A DNA stretch of 64,000 bases from Fidelibacterota bacterium (GTDB lineage Bacteria > Fidelibacterota > Marinisomatia > Marinisomatales > TCS55). The notes under the pieces are model-generated. The model saw only the letters and a program-made list of their open reading frames with translations, made no database searches and had not been told where the DNA came from. The stretch spans positions 32,001 to 96,000 of the forward strand of contig JBHHTW010000004.1 in the NCBI GenBank assembly GCA_046861385.1. The letters are read 5' to 3'. The first letter of the stretch is position 1. The number at the start of each line of letters is the position of its first letter. Positions 1 through 11,521 of this stretch are shown piece by piece. The translations under genes and the position numbers were made by a program.

Positions 1-256
1 ATTTGTGGTGCTGATTATAGATATGTTCAATGAGGGTATCTAAAGCCATAGATTGAAAATCTTCGACTGTTTCCGATTGAACCAAAACAGCATCAATATC
101 CTTCATCAAATCAGCGATGTTTACACCCTTTTCAGTGCAAGCAGATTCAATCGATTTCTCACCCCCGCAGCAAAAATCTAATCCATATTTTTTGAATACA
201 TTCGCAGTGCGAATGTTATCAGCAACAATTTGACCGATGGTTTTATTTTCAATCAT
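1..256 (-). CDS. ric: Repair of iron centres di-iron protein (RIC/YtfE/ScdA family), 3' end runs off the window
   Basis: Not in the ORF track; manual translation from ATG at 256 gives MIENKTIGQIVADNIRTANVFKKYGLDFCCGG...LDTLIEHIYNQHHK, with the DFCCGG and HI...HH RIC motifs; directly follows narK. Confidence 0.9.
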   Translation of the reverse strand, partial: MIENKTIGQIVADNIRTANVFKKYGLDFCCGGEKSIESACTEKGVNIADLMKDIDAVLVQSETVEDFQSMALDTLIEHIYNQHHK

Positions 257-277
257 TATTTATCCTTTTTTTCTGAA

Positions 278-1888
278 TTAAGGGTTTTTATAGTCTGCTT
301 TTGGTCCCAGGTAATACCAATAATTCAACACAGCGCAGACCGCATAGAAAGCTGCAAACCCATACATCGCAACTTCCGGTGTGCCCAATTTCATATTTTC
401 ACCAATCACTTTGGGAATAAGGAAAGCGCCATAAGCTGCAACCGCTGATGTCCAACCCAAAACCGGACCCGCCTGTTCTTCATTGAAAACCATTGAAATG
501 GTCCGGAAGGTTGAGCCGTTTCCAATTCCTGTTGCTGTGAACAAAATGACAAGAAGAACAAAGAAAGGGATAAAAAATTCCTGTGGTGTGGTAGACTGGT
601 AGGCCAGTTTTGCATAATACCCCACACCGAGAGCTGAAAGAACCATAACAATGGATACAATCTGGGTCACAATTGCGCCACCCACTTTATCAGCAATTTT
701 TCCACCTATCGGGCGGATGAGAGCACCGATAAATGCACCGACCCAAGCAAACATAAAGGTAGCCGGACCTTCGGGATTTGCCACATGCTGCCATACCCCA
801 TCAGCACCTAAAATATGTTTTACACCAAAAATGAATTTGATGGAAAGACCCACCGCAGCCGAGAAGCCAATGAATGATCCAAACGTCATAGTATAAATGA
901 TGGTCATGACCCATGTGTGTTTATTATTAAAAATTTTAAATTGTCGTTCTAAATTCTTTTTAATTTCTCCCGGAGATAACGATTTCATCATTAAAACGGT
1001 GGTAGCAATGACGATTGGGAGAACCACCCATTTAACCCAGGTCAACGCTTTAAACGCAAGGATGAAATAGAGGCCAACGGCGGCTGTTACAAATCCTATA
1101 AGCAGTAGCCAGGAAATTCTTCCAAACGAAACCATAGGACTTTTTAGACCGGGTGTCACTGCTTCTGTTGTTATATTATTCATTCGTTTCCAACCAAAAT
1201 ATGCCAGTGGAACGAGCCACAGCATCCAGACCCAGCCGGCATTAGCAAGCCATGTTTCTGACCCTGCCATAATCCGTTTAAATATGGTTCCGCTATTGCT
1301 TTTTAAAATCATCGATCCACCGCTAAATGCACCCAACATGGGAAATGTCATGACCAATGGAACAAGAATTTGCATGGTGGTTACACCAAAATTTCCCAAT
1401 CCTGCATTCATTCCCAGTGCATAACCCTGCATCCTTTTTGGGAAGAAAAAGCTGATGTTGCTCATGGATGAAGCGAAGTTTCCACCGCCAAATCCAGAAA
1501 GGAACGCCAAAATCTGGAATACCCAGAGAGGCGTATTTCGATCCTGGAGAAAAATTCCAGCTCCAAAAGAGGGAATCATTAGCAATGCGGTTGTAAAGAA
1601 AATTGTATTTCTGCCGCCGGCTAACCGAATAAAAAATGAACTGGGGATCCGCAATGTTGCCCCGGTCAATCCCGCAATCGCTGTAAGTGTAAAAAGTTCA
1701 CTCGGTGTAAAATTAAAACCAAGGTTTTTCATCTGAACTGTAATAATTCCCCACATAAGCCACACAGAGAAACCCACCAAGAGACTTGGAATTGATATCC
1801 AAAGATTTCGTGTGGCGATGGCCTTTCCAGTGGACTCCCAATATTCCTGGTTTTCAATATCCCAATTTTTTAAATCAACATTACTCAT
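278..1888 (-). CDS. narK: MFS nitrate/nitrite transporter (NarK2-like antiporter)
   Basis: N-terminus WDIEN..WESTGKAIATRNLWISIP, nitrate signature GFGGGNFASSMSNISFFFP, ~12 TM segments; in nar operon. Confidence 0.92.
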   Translation of the reverse strand: MSNVDLKNWDIENQEYWESTGKAIATRNLWISIPSLLVGFSVWLMWGIITVQMKNLGFNFTPSELFTLTAIAGLTGATLRIPSSFFIRLAGGRNTIFFTTALLMIPSFGAGIFLQDRNTPLWVFQILAFLSGFGGGNFASSMSNISFFFPKRMQGYALGMNAGLGNFGVTTMQILVPLVMTFPMLGAFSGGSMILKSNSGTIFKRIMAGSETWLANAGWVWMLWLVPLAYFGWKRMNNITTEAVTPGLKSPMVSFGRISWLLLIGFVTAAVGLYFILAFKALTWVKWVVLPIVIATTVLMMKSLSPGEIKKNLERQFKIFNNKHTWVMTIIYTMTFGSFIGFSAAVGLSIKFIFGVKHILGADGVWQHVANPEGPATFMFAWVGAFIGALIRPIGGKIADKVGGAIVTQIVSIVMVLSALGVGYYAKLAYQSTTPQEFFIPFFVLLVILFTATGIGNGSTFRTISMVFNEEQAGPVLGWTSAVAAYGAFLIPKVIGENMKLGTPEVAMYGFAAFYAVCAVLNYWYYLGPKADYKNP

Positions 1889-1917
1889 TTTTATTATTCC
1901 TCATTTAAAAGTTGCAA

Positions 1918-3483
1918 TTATTGGTCAGCAAACGATCCTTTGGGTTCTTCCAAAAATATCCAACAGTAAATAAAACTCAAAAAAGCACCACCAGCGATGA
2001 TGAAAAAGAAAGTCCTGGCATCAACCATCGAATACACTACCAGATAAATCACTGCACCTACATTACCGTATGCACCGGCCATTCCGGCAATTTGTCCTGT
2101 CATTTTTTTATTAATCATGGGAATGACAGCAAATGTCGCTCCCTCTGCCCCTTGAACAAACATGGAGGCTAAAATAGTAATAACAATGGATATAATCAAC
2201 CAGCCGGTTCCATCAAACATAGGTACAACTGTTTGGACACCATCTACCACAGGTCCCCAATTACTAATATTTGCCATACCCAGAAAACCAAGGGCGATTC
2301 CGAGCATATATATGAGCATGGTTTTTTTCCGGTTTTTCATTGTGTCGGACAAAAGACCACCCAGAGGACGTGCAAACAAATTTACAAAAGCAAATGATGA
2401 GGCAATGACACCGGCTAAAGTCGCCGTCATGATGTAATTCCCTTCACTGCCAACTAATTTAGAAAAAGTCATTTCAAAAAACATAGGCAGCATGGAAACA
2501 ACTGCCAACTCTGAACCAAAATTTGCAAAATAAGTACTGTTTAATGCTGCAACACTGGACCAGTGATATTTTTCCTCTTCAGGAACACCTGCCTTTAAAT
2601 ATGGGAGATTGATTTGAAGTGTTTTCATCACATGCCCGATATAGATCAATGCCAGTAAAACGTAAACCATGGTAAGTACATTTGATGATATTAATGGCAG
2701 GCCATTGACGTTTATATTACCAATCCGCCATGCCAAAACACCCATGGCGCCCACGAGGGGAAAAGACCAAGCAAGGTATTGGACTAAATCTCCGTATGAC
2801 GTAACAATCATAGGTTCTGTTTTTTTTGTTTTTGCAATGGGACGATCGTCTGAATGATCTTTTACCAAAAAATAGTACATAAAACCATAGATGAATGAAA
2901 CACCACCGTTAAATGCCAATGCATACCGCCAGGCATCACCGTCAAGCCCCAGATATTCATTGAAGAAATTCACCGCAATCCAAGGCAGCGTCATGGCTGC
3001 AAAAGCAGATCCAAAATTTCCCCATCCGGCGTAAAATCCTTCCGCTCTTCCGATCATCTTCGGCGGGAACCAATTGGCCACCATTTTAATTCCAACGACA
3101 AATCCCGCGCCTATAGTACCCAGCACCAGCCGCGACACAAGCAGTTGGATGAATGTGTTTCCAAACGCAAAAAACATGGCAGGAATCGCCATCACGACCA
3201 TTAGCCCGGAGAATACAATTCGAGGTCCATATCTGTCAATAAGTGCGCCAATAATGATTCGGGCCGGGATCGTTAAAGCAACATTGCTGATAGCCAATAC
3301 TTTTAAATGTTCCCGAGTTAACCAGCTCACATTTTTTAACATCGTTGTTGCCAATGGCGCCATGTTAAACCAAACATAAAAAGTAATAAAAAATGCTATC
3401 CAGGTATAATGGAGAACACGTATCCGTTCTTTACTAAAATCCAGTATTTCAGGTAACTGCCGTTTTGTACTATCGTGAATCAT
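1918..3483 (-). CDS. narK: MFS nitrate transporter (NarK1/NrtP-like)
   Basis: LHYTWIAFFITFYVWFNMAPLA, AEGFYAGWGNFG, FVQGAEGATF motifs; in nar operon. Confidence 0.9.
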   Translation of the reverse strand: MIHDSTKRQLPEILDFSKERIRVLHYTWIAFFITFYVWFNMAPLATTMLKNVSWLTREHLKVLAISNVALTIPARIIIGALIDRYGPRIVFSGLMVVMAIPAMFFAFGNTFIQLLVSRLVLGTIGAGFVVGIKMVANWFPPKMIGRAEGFYAGWGNFGSAFAAMTLPWIAVNFFNEYLGLDGDAWRYALAFNGGVSFIYGFMYYFLVKDHSDDRPIAKTKKTEPMIVTSYGDLVQYLAWSFPLVGAMGVLAWRIGNINVNGLPLISSNVLTMVYVLLALIYIGHVMKTLQINLPYLKAGVPEEEKYHWSSVAALNSTYFANFGSELAVVSMLPMFFEMTFSKLVGSEGNYIMTATLAGVIASSFAFVNLFARPLGGLLSDTMKNRKKTMLIYMLGIALGFLGMANISNWGPVVDGVQTVVPMFDGTGWLIISIVITILASMFVQGAEGATFAVIPMINKKMTGQIAGMAGAYGNVGAVIYLVVYSMVDARTFFFIIAGGAFLSFIYCWIFLEEPKGSFADQ

Positions 3484-3507
3484 TGTATCCTCTAATGTTT
3501 AATTAAG

Positions 3508-4221
3508 TTAAATATTAGTATTTGTTCTAATTTTTTTCCGATCCCAATACCATCTAACCACTTGTGTTTTTCGCCATAAATATGGATTGGGGAGTACAAG
3601 GATGTGCACCAGGCGCGTATACGGAAATAAAAGAATGATTGAGAAAGCGCCGATGATATGCAATTTGACCAATAAGGGCATGGATGCGATATAGGATAAA
3701 TCCGGATTAAGCGTTAATACTGACCAGAGATAAGGTGATAGCGATGCTGCAAACCAGCTGGAACCCCAACGATGAAAATATGCAGTCAAAATCCCTGTGA
3801 TCACCTGGAATGCAAGAATACCTAAAACAATCCAATCAGCCTTGGAAGTAACGAATCGTGCTCGCGCATTGGTTTTCCTTCTGGAGATTATATTAATTAG
3901 GCCTACCAATGTCACGAGTCCAAAAATGAACATGGCTATTTCCATAACATATAGTCGGGCAGGAACGCTGTTCCACCAGAGAACTGTTTCAGGGACCAAG
4001 AACCATATAAGATGAGCCGTAAGGACAGAAATGATACCATAATGAAATGGAACCAAACCCCAGAAATGCTGTCTGTTTTCTAAAAATTGCGACGATAAAC
4101 TTGAATAGGTGAACGCCTTTGAACGATAACGCTGAATCGTAACAATAAAAAATGTAAATAATGTCATATACGGATACAACTCAAAGAAAAATGTATCGAG
4201 ATAATTTTGAAAAATATCCAT
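3508..4221 (-). CDS. narI: Respiratory nitrate reductase gamma subunit (cytochrome b)
   Basis: SSLSSQFLE, FHYGI..V...H, LHI....PYTRLVH motifs; 5 TM segments. Confidence 0.93.
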   Translation of the reverse strand: MDIFQNYLDTFFFELYPYMTLFTFFIVTIQRYRSKAFTYSSLSSQFLENRQHFWGLVPFHYGIISVLTAHLIWFLVPETVLWWNSVPARLYVMEIAMFIFGLVTLVGLINIISRRKTNARARFVTSKADWIVLGILAFQVITGILTAYFHRWGSSWFAASLSPYLWSVLTLNPDLSYIASMPLLVKLHIIGAFSIILLFPYTRLVHILVLPNPYLWRKTQVVRWYWDRKKIRTNTNI

Positions 4222-4745
4222 TAGGCTTGAACCTCCTCATCATAAGTGTGATGCAGCAGCACATCATTGATAAATTGCATTAAATGTTTGTATGGATTTT
4301 CGGTGTCGCCAAATCCTTCAATAATCTTTTCCGTAGCCGGGATAACGTAGGATTTGATAAATACCTTGCGGTTTTCTTCGTCCAAATGAGGCAACATAGA
4401 TAGAATATGTGTCAGATGGTCCGGCAATTCGGATGTTTCCGGAATTTCGAAGCCCCGAAGCATTTCCCGTACACGAACCATAAACATACCTCGCTCGTAA
4501 TTTTCACCATGCAAATGCCAACCCAAATCCAGACATGTTGTAGGATTCAGATCAAAAGTGTGGGTGAAGTCTTCCTGGAGTTTAGATAGGACGGTTTCTC
4601 TGACATAATCGCTAAATATTTGAAATTCCGATATATCATGATCCCCTGCTGATATCTCTATTTTTTCCAGGTTAATACTCATGTCTGTTTCCGGATAGGA
4701 GATTAAGGGTACCAAGTCGGTGTATATGGATGAATTCATTTTCAT
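4221..4745 (-). CDS. narJ: Nitrate reductase Mo-cofactor assembly chaperone
   Basis: TFD, GENYERG and ELPDHL motifs; between narH and narI; start placed at 4745 (TAATG overlap with narH stop; ORF track gives 4751). Confidence 0.88.
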   Translation of the reverse strand: MKMNSSIYTDLVPLISYPETDMSINLEKIEISAGDHDISEFQIFSDYVRETVLSKLQEDFTHTFDLNPTTCLDLGWHLHGENYERGMFMVRVREMLRGFEIPETSELPDHLTHILSMLPHLDEENRKVFIKSYVIPATEKIIEGFGDTENPYKHLMQFINDVLLHHTYDEEVQA

Positions 4746-6235
4746 TACCATCCCCGATCAGGCGCATCCCGGAATCCAAACCCGGCACTTTGTTTATGTT
4801 CAAGCGGATCTTTCATCATTTCGATTGCTTCTTCTCGATGTGCCGCCGGGATGACAAAACGATCTTCGAAAGTACACAAGGATGTGAGTTTATAGATGAC
4901 ATCCGCTTCTTCCGGAGAACAGTCTGCTTCCAACAAAGCTTTTTCAGCGTCCAGAAGATCAATGTCACCAACAGTTAACGCCCGGCGATATGTCCGGACT
5001 GCGGACTGTTTCTTTAGGACATACCGTAAATGACTTTCATTACCGCCACCAAACATTTTGGCCAGATATTTAATGGGAACACGCGCTTTTTCGAAATCAG
5101 GGAAAAATTCGTCGTTGATATTCCTGACCGAGTCCCCGTCCTGGGCAGACATGACCGGCAGCATGGGCGGTACATAGAACAGCATGGGTAATGTACGGTA
5201 TTCAACGTGCGGTGGCAGGGCAATTCCCCAATCCTTAACAAACTTATAGACAGGTGATTCCTGGGCTGCTTTGATAGTAGAATCAGCAATTCCGTTCTTT
5301 TTCGCTTCTCGAATAACTGTTTCGTCAAACGGATTCAAAATCATGTCCCGCTGTGCATCCACCAATTCATTGTCAGGCCGCTTGGCTGTTGCTTCAATCA
5401 TTTCTGCATCATAAAGCAGGACTCCCAGGTACCGAATTCTGCCAACGCAGGAATGGAAGCAAGCCGGAGCTTGTCCCGTCTCAACTCTAGGAAAGCAAAG
5501 AATGCATTTTTCAGATTTACCTGTATTCCAATTATAATATGTTTTTTTGTATGGACAGGCTGAAATGCAGGATCGCCATGCACGACAACGGGATTGATCC
5601 AGCAATACGATTCCGTCTTCTCCCCTTTTATACAAAGCGCCAGAAGGACAGGACGCAACACAGGATGGATTAACACAATGATTACAAATACGTGGGAAAT
5701 AGAACATCATTAGCCGTTCAATGGCAAACATCTGTTCTCTTTGTTCTTCGGATAAACTGTCCAGATTAATGTCATTTTCAGCATAAATCGGAGAGCCGCC
5801 TAAATCGTCATCCCAATTAGGTCCCGCTTCAATATCCATTTCTTCGCCCGTCACCATTGAAATAGGCTTTGCAGTAGGCTGGTCATCCATTTCCGGAGAA
5901 TCAAATAAATCTTTGTATTTATAGGTCCATGGTTCGTAGTAATCATCCAGTGTCGGCATATTGGGATTGTGGAAAATATTCGTGACTGTTTTGGTTTTAC
6001 TCGTAGAACGCAGTTTGAGTTCGCCATTTTTCAATTCCCAGCCGCCCTTATATTTATCTTGATCCTCCCAGCGGGTGGGAAATCCGGTTCCAGGTTTGGT
6101 TTCTACATTATTCCACCACATGTATTCGGTTCCTTTGCGATCAGTCCATATATTTTTACAGGCAATACTGCATGTATGGCAGCCGATACATTTGTCCAGA
6201 TGAAACACCATTGATATTTGACTTCTGATATCCAT
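4745..6235 (-). CDS. narH: Respiratory nitrate reductase beta (Fe-S) subunit
   Basis: LDKCIGCHTCSIACK, PRICNHCVNPSCVASCP, CRAWRSCISACPYKK, EKCILCFPR Fe-S motifs. Confidence 0.96.
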   Translation of the reverse strand: MDIRSQISMVFHLDKCIGCHTCSIACKNIWTDRKGTEYMWWNNVETKPGTGFPTRWEDQDKYKGGWELKNGELKLRSTSKTKTVTNIFHNPNMPTLDDYYEPWTYKYKDLFDSPEMDDQPTAKPISMVTGEEMDIEAGPNWDDDLGGSPIYAENDINLDSLSEEQREQMFAIERLMMFYFPRICNHCVNPSCVASCPSGALYKRGEDGIVLLDQSRCRAWRSCISACPYKKTYYNWNTGKSEKCILCFPRVETGQAPACFHSCVGRIRYLGVLLYDAEMIEATAKRPDNELVDAQRDMILNPFDETVIREAKKNGIADSTIKAAQESPVYKFVKDWGIALPPHVEYRTLPMLFYVPPMLPVMSAQDGDSVRNINDEFFPDFEKARVPIKYLAKMFGGGNESHLRYVLKKQSAVRTYRRALTVGDIDLLDAEKALLEADCSPEEADVIYKLTSLCTFEDRFVIPAAHREEAIEMMKDPLEHKQSAGFGFRDAPDRGW

Positions 6236-6236
6236 T

Positions 6237-6347
6237 TTATTTTATCCAATTATTTGCCGCAAAAGATAGAAAAAGCAAGATTAGAGCCTTCCCACCCGCA
6301 ACGGTTTTTATTAAATCATTTCTATTGTGAATTGTATGACTTTCCAT
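6237..6347 (-). CDS. Putative 36-aa micro-protein between narG and narH
   Basis: ATG 1 nt after narG stop and TAA 1 nt before narH ATG; MESHTIHNRNDLIKTVAGGKALILLFLSFAANNWIK. Confidence 0.4.
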   Translation of the reverse strand: MESHTIHNRNDLIKTVAGGKALILLFLSFAANNWIK

Positions 6348-6348
6348 A

Positions 6349-9300
6349 TTACCAGTTCAAAATTGGCAGTTTGCGCACCATGATGAAAGTATCCCGGTTT
6401 GCACCCGTGGGACCCCAGTAATTAAAGTGGTAAGAAAATTGTCCATAACCGCCAACCATTAAATTCGGCTTAAGACGCGCTCGGGTCAGACTATTATTCA
6501 TCCCTGCCCGTTTGTTCCCGCGCATGGGTGACTTCGGTACAGACAATGTTCGTTCAGTAGCGTGATAAATAATCACGATCCCGCGGGGAATTCTAACACT
6601 GACATTGGCTCGGGTTACAACGACACCATTATCGTTATAAACCTCTACCCAATCGTTGTCTACGATACCTAATTCTTCTGCATCTTTATCATTAATCCAG
6701 AATGGCTCCACACCCCGGCTTAATGTGGACATACGATGATTATCTCCATAAGTGGAGTGGATATGCCATTTCCCGTGAGGCGTAAGATAGTTAAACGTTT
6801 TTGTCGGGAATTCACTTTCACTCACGGCTAATTCAGAAAACTGCAGAGGCGTTGGTTTTGGTTTATAAGTGGGTAAATTTTCACCAAATTGTATATATCC
6901 GGGATGATCCAGGTAAAAGTGCTGACGCCCCGTAAGCGTCCGCCAAGGAACCAGCCGTTCTACATTATATGTAAATGGAGAATATGCGCGACCATTTTCC
7001 AGAAGACCTGACCACATCGGAGTATTATGTAACCGTTGCGGTTGAGAACATAAATCATCGTAACTCATTCGGACTCCTCGATTCTTCTCCGCCAAATCAG
7101 CCAACACCAAGCCCGTTCGTTTTTCCATATTTTTATAGGAGCGGTAGGCCAATTCTCCGTTGGTTACACTGGCCAACTGAAGAACAATATTGCAGACTTC
7201 CTTTGATTCTTTCAAGGATGGATATGTTTCCCCATCCCAAGTTTCTGTGGGTGTTTCAACTTTCAACCTTTCATATTCGTCTTTGACGTGGTAATGGGTT
7301 CCATGAGCGCCCAATCCATTAGCCGGTACATTGGGACCGTATGAAATATATCGATTGTATAGATTTTGATAATCCCTTTTGACAACCTTCATCCCGGGCA
7401 TTGTTTTTCCAGGGACAGCTTCCACTTCCCCGTTGATCCATTCCTTGATTTCTGTTTGGGCAATTTCTGCAGGTGTATCATGAAGTAAGGGAACCGAAAC
7501 GACGTCTTCTATGGGATCAGGAAAATGTTTCTCGGAGATTTTCGAGAATGTTTCAGCAATCGACTTAAAAATATCCCAGTCACTTTTGGATTCCCATGCA
7601 GGCGGAACTGCTTCGGCTAAAGGATGAATAAAACTATGCATATCCGTCGAGTTTAAATCGGCTTTTTCATACCAGGTTGCAGCCGGCAAAATAATGTCTG
7701 AATAGAGGGCAGATGTATCCATTCGGAAATTCAGGTCCACAACTAAATCCATTTTCCCCTGGGGTACTTTATCATGCCATACTACTTCTTCGGTGGAGCC
7801 TTCTGCAAATCGACTATCCGATACCTGATTCGTATGGGTACCCAGATAATGGTCTAAAAAGAATTCATGCCCTTTGGCGCTTCCGCCGATGGCGTTCCCA
7901 CGCCAAACAAACCAAACTCGGGGCCAATTATCTGAATTGTCGGGATCTTCAATTGAATATTTCATTTCCCGCTTTTTCAATTTTTCAACTACGTAATCAA
8001 TAATATCTTTTTCATCTTTAGCACCGTTGGCACGAGCTTCGGTCGCTAATTCCAACGGGTTGGCTTCAAACTGGGGATAAAAAGGCAACCAGCCATTTCG
8101 TACAGCTTTAATATTTACATCAATTGTATGACCTTTGGCCAGACTATCTTCCGGTTGGTCTCCCGGGACGGTGTGGTAATCGGTAAACGATTTCTCATAC
8201 CGCCATTGGTCCGAATGGACATAATGCCAACTGGGTGTATTTTGAAGACGCGATGGGCCAAACCAGTCTTTTGCCAAAGCGATCGATGCCCAGGATTCAC
8301 CCGGTGCTAATTTTTCCTGCCCGACATAATGCGCCAAGCCGCCGCCGTTTTTCCCGATACATCCGGTAAACATCAGTGCATGAATCGCTGCACGATACAT
8401 AAGATTGGCATGGTACCAATGGTTGATTCCGGCGCCTATAATCACTGTACATTTCCCACCTGTTTTTTCGGCTGTATTCGCCCACTCTCTGGCAAATCGA
8501 ATTAATGTATCCGGAGAAATCCCCGTATACTTTTCCGCCCATGCTGGTGTGTAATTCGAATCGTCTTCGTAAGAATCAGAATATCCGTCCAAACCGCGAC
8601 CGACACCGTATTGTGCCATGAGCAAATCATAGACGGTTGTAACAAGTACTTTTCCATTCTCTGTTTCGATATTTTTCGCCGGCACATTCCGCGTAATTGT
8701 ATCTCCTTCACAGAAGTCATCCAATTCAACGGAAATAATATTATCAGAATCGTTTAAAAATGTAAGCTTTGGTTCAATCTTGGATCCATCCACTGCATCT
8801 TCCAATTTGAGGTTCCATTTCCCTGTATCTTCATTTGCCCATCGATGACCTACAGAACCCAAAGGAACTTTTGTTTTGTTATCCCCTTCATCCCACATAA
8901 GGAATTTCCAGTCACCATTCTCAATATCTTTGTAATTAGCAAGTCTGTTGGCTCGGAGCAATTGTCCTGCTTGATAAGTATCATCCTTTTTTGTCAATTC
9001 AACCAGAAAAGGTGAATCGGTATATTGTTTGGAATAATCCAGAAATGATTTCGACTGCTTTTCGTGATGAAATTCTTTTAGGATAACATGATTAACTGCC
9101 ATCCACCAGGCGCCATCCTGTCCGGCGTTTATAGAAATCCATTCATCAGCATATTTGGATACTTGAGAAAAATCAGGAGAAAAAACAACCATCTTCGTCC
9201 CATTGTGGCGTGCTTCTGCGGCAAAGTGGACGTCGGGTGTTCGGGTCATATTTAGGTTGGCGCCCATAACAGCCAACATCTTGGCATTATACCAATCAGC

Positions 9301-9987
9301 CGATTCCTGAACGTCTGTTTGCTCTCCCCAGGTTTCCGGCGATGCGTTTGGTAAATCACAATACCAGTCATAAAAAGAAAGAGATACACCTCCGATAAGC
9401 TGCATTAGCCGTGCGCCGGATGCATAGCTAATCATAGACATAGCCGGGATGGGAGAAAACCCGGCGATTCGGTCCGGGCCATGTTCTTTGATGGTATGTG
9501 CCATGGAAGCAGCAATAATTTCCCGAACTGTATCCCAATTGGCACGACGAAAACCGCCTTTTCCGCGGGCTCGCTGCCACCGTTTGCGTTTTTCCGGATC
9601 GTTCACCATAGACTGCCACGCCTCCACCGGATCATCAAATTCTGATTTAGCTTCGTTCCATAAATCTAATAGTATACCGCGAATGGTCGGATATTTCACT
9701 CTCAACGGGCTATATAAATACCACGAAAATGAAATACCTCGTTGGCATCCTCTGGGCTCATAAGGTGGAATGCCGTGCTCAAGTTTTGGATAATCTAGTC
9801 CCTGCATTTCCCAAGTGACAATTCCGTCTTTTACATGAATTTGCCACGTGCAGCTTCCGGTGCAATTAACACCATGTGTGCTGCGAATAACCTTATCATA
9901 CTGCCAGCGATTTCGGTAAAATTCTTCCCAGCTTCGGTTTTTGGGTGAAACGTCATCCTGTATCCAGGACAATTTTTTATTACTCAT
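6349..9987 (-). CDS. narG: Respiratory nitrate reductase alpha (Mo-bis-MGD) subunit
   Basis: [14 protein letters not shown]0 motif, [31 protein letters not shown]; no N-terminal RR signal, so cytoplasm-facing type. Confidence 0.96.
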   Translation of the reverse strand: MSNKKLSWIQDDVSPKNRSWEEFYRNRWQYDKVIRSTHGVNCTGSCTWQIHVKDGIVTWEMQGLDYPKLEHGIPPYEPRGCQRGISFSWYLYSPLRVKYPTIRGILLDLWNEAKSEFDDPVEAWQSMVNDPEKRKRWQRARGKGGFRRANWDTVREIIAASMAHTIKEHGPDRIAGFSPIPAMSMISYASGARLMQLIGGVSLSFYDWYCDLPNASPETWGEQTDVQESADWYNAKMLAVMGANLNMTRTPDVHFAAEARHNGTKMVVFSPDFSQVSKYADEWISINAGQDGAWWMAVNHVILKEFHHEKQSKSFLDYSKQYTDSPFLVELTKKDDTYQAGQLLRANRLANYKDIENGDWKFLMWDEGDNKTKVPLGSVGHRWANEDTGKWNLKLEDAVDGSKIEPKLTFLNDSDNIISVELDDFCEGDTITRNVPAKNIETENGKVLVTTVYDLLMAQYGVGRGLDGYSDSYEDDSNYTPAWAEKYTGISPDTLIRFAREWANTAEKTGGKCTVIIGAGINHWYHANLMYRAAIHALMFTGCIGKNGGGLAHYVGQEKLAPGESWASIALAKDWFGPSRLQNTPSWHYVHSDQWRYEKSFTDYHTVPGDQPEDSLAKGHTIDVNIKAVRNGWLPFYPQFEANPLELATEARANGAKDEKDIIDYVVEKLKKREMKYSIEDPDNSDNWPRVWFVWRGNAIGGSAKGHEFFLDHYLGTHTNQVSDSRFAEGSTEEVVWHDKVPQGKMDLVVDLNFRMDTSALYSDIILPAATWYEKADLNSTDMHSFIHPLAEAVPPAWESKSDWDIFKSIAETFSKISEKHFPDPIEDVVSVPLLHDTPAEIAQTEIKEWINGEVEAVPGKTMPGMKVVKRDYQNLYNRYISYGPNVPANGLGAHGTHYHVKDEYERLKVETPTETWDGETYPSLKESKEVCNIVLQLASVTNGELAYRSYKNMEKRTGLVLADLAEKNRGVRMSYDDLCSQPQRLHNTPMWSGLLENGRAYSPFTYNVERLVPWRTLTGRQHFYLDHPGYIQFGENLPTYKPKPTPLQFSELAVSESEFPTKTFNYLTPHGKWHIHSTYGDNHRMSTLSRGVEPFWINDKDAEELGIVDNDWVEVYNDNGVVVTRANVSVRIPRGIVIIYHATERTLSVPKSPMRGNKRAGMNNSLTRARLKPNLMVGGYGQFSYHFNYWGPTGANRDTFIMVRKLPILNW

Positions 9988-10826
9988 TATAATTCTCCTC
10001 TAACCATCGGTTTACGAACAGCCTTTAAACGACCACCCCATGCAAGGTCAAACAAAACCAGAATGAGTGCCAAACCGATAAATCCAAATATCATGAAATT
10101 AAAATTGTGAACATCGCTCACCTTTTCATTCCCCTCAGCTTTATTTTTTAGAAAAGCTACGAGGGGTAAAACTTCATTCTCATCAATAGGATGTTTTTTA
10201 TAAATGGGGGACATGGTTGCAGAAGCTGGATTGGCTAACCACGCTGCCGCAGCTGTTTTGCCACCCAGTCGCCCATAAGCTTGGGTTAAGTCCGGCCCCA
10301 AATGACCGCCGCCGAGAAAGCCCTCCCCTGCGGCCAAATGACAGCTAATACATGAAGGACCGCTGTTTTTTAGCTGGGTTGTTCCCAGAAATAACGCACG
10401 TCCAATTTGATAGTCTTCGTCAGTCAATGGACGGTCTGCAATCGTTGAACCGGCAAACCGGGATTTCTCTTTTTGAGATTCTTCTTTGATAAATTTAAGC
10501 AATGCCCGAGCCATGGATGGATCCATCTTGGCTATTTTTGGCATCACCACACCGCGTGCCTCTTTTAACAATTTTAATGCATAGACATCACCGGAATTAA
10601 TGGCGCTCTGGGGATTAACAATAAATTTTTCTAGCCAATCGCTATTTTTTCTATCCTGCACGTTTTTCAGATCAGGACCTGCTAGCCTTCCTCCACCGAT
10701 TGTATGACAACTAACACAGTTGTTTGCAAAAAATTCTTCTGCATTATTTTGACTGAAAATATTTCCATGAATTAAGATAGTTAAAACAAATAAGTAAATA
10801 TATTTAGGTTGTAATATCTTTTTCAT
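9987..10826 (-). CDS. Membrane-anchored periplasmic diheme cytochrome c (NarC-like)
   Basis: Signal peptide, two CxxCH motifs (CVSCH, CISCH), C-terminal TM helix; TAATG overlap with narG. Confidence 0.85.
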   Translation of the reverse strand: MKKILQPKYIYLFVLTILIHGNIFSQNNAEEFFANNCVSCHTIGGGRLAGPDLKNVQDRKNSDWLEKFIVNPQSAINSGDVYALKLLKEARGVVMPKIAKMDPSMARALLKFIKEESQKEKSRFAGSTIADRPLTDEDYQIGRALFLGTTQLKNSGPSCISCHLAAGEGFLGGGHLGPDLTQAYGRLGGKTAAAAWLANPASATMSPIYKKHPIDENEVLPLVAFLKNKAEGNEKVSDVHNFNFMIFGFIGLALILVLFDLAWGGRLKAVRKPMVRGEL

Positions 10827-10831
10827 TCTTC

Positions 10832-11287
10832 CTACTCTTGGTTTCTACTTTGGTTTGAAATATACTCAAGCTTGGATTGGAGTTCATCGCTAAACATGGT
10901 GACATCTTTTTGTTGGAAAATATTGATGATTTCATTTTTCGCACTTACCCATTCCTTATGAATCGGACAAGGATGATCATCGGAGCAGTAAGGAAATCCC
11001 AACATACATCCGTCCAAAAAACCGTCTCCATCAATAATCCGAACAATGGTATTCAGGGTAACTTTACCTGCATTCTTATTAATTATAAACCCACCATTGA
11101 TTCCTTTATGAGAGATAACTAAATCATGTTTTACAAGTATTTGCAATACTTTACCAAGAAAATGATTGGGGATATTTAATGCACGGGCAATATCTCTTTG
11201 AAAAACAGCGTGATTTTGCGGTTGTGCCGCTAAAAACATGACGGCTTGTATTGCATATTGCGATGATTTCGATAAAAAATTTGTCAT
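10832..11287 (-). CDS. Rrf2-family transcriptional regulator with Cys motif
   Basis: SKSSQYAIQA...FLGKVLQ.L...SHKGINGGF wHTH; CMLGFPYCSDDHPCPIH. Confidence 0.9.
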   Translation of the reverse strand: MTNFLSKSSQYAIQAVMFLAAQPQNHAVFQRDIARALNIPNHFLGKVLQILVKHDLVISHKGINGGFIINKNAGKVTLNTIVRIIDGDGFLDGCMLGFPYCSDDHPCPIHKEWVSAKNEIINIFQQKDVTMFSDELQSKLEYISNQSRNQE

Positions 11288-11294
11288 TATTTTC

Positions 11295-11326
11295 TGTCTA
11301 AAGACAATCAGACCTTAATGTCCGAT
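11295..11326. promoter_or_regulatory. Candidate Rrf2 operator(s) upstream of the nar operon
   Basis: Adjacent palindromes TGTCTAAAGACA (11295-11306) and ATCAGACCTTAATGTCCGAT (11307-11326, 8/10 pairs) just upstream of the Rrf2 start. Confidence 0.45.
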
Positions 11327-11521
11327 AGTCAATATTAAGATATTAAAAATACGATCATCAAGATTTATTTTTATTTTTTTAAAACATTTTTTCATCAATT
11401 TTAACTCAGTAAATATTTTATGATTATTTTATTCAAATTATATGGTTATACTTCCCATTTTTTGCTATATAGGATATAAAAAATGTTGTGTTTAGTCTAA
11501 AATTATTTAAGAAATTCTATT

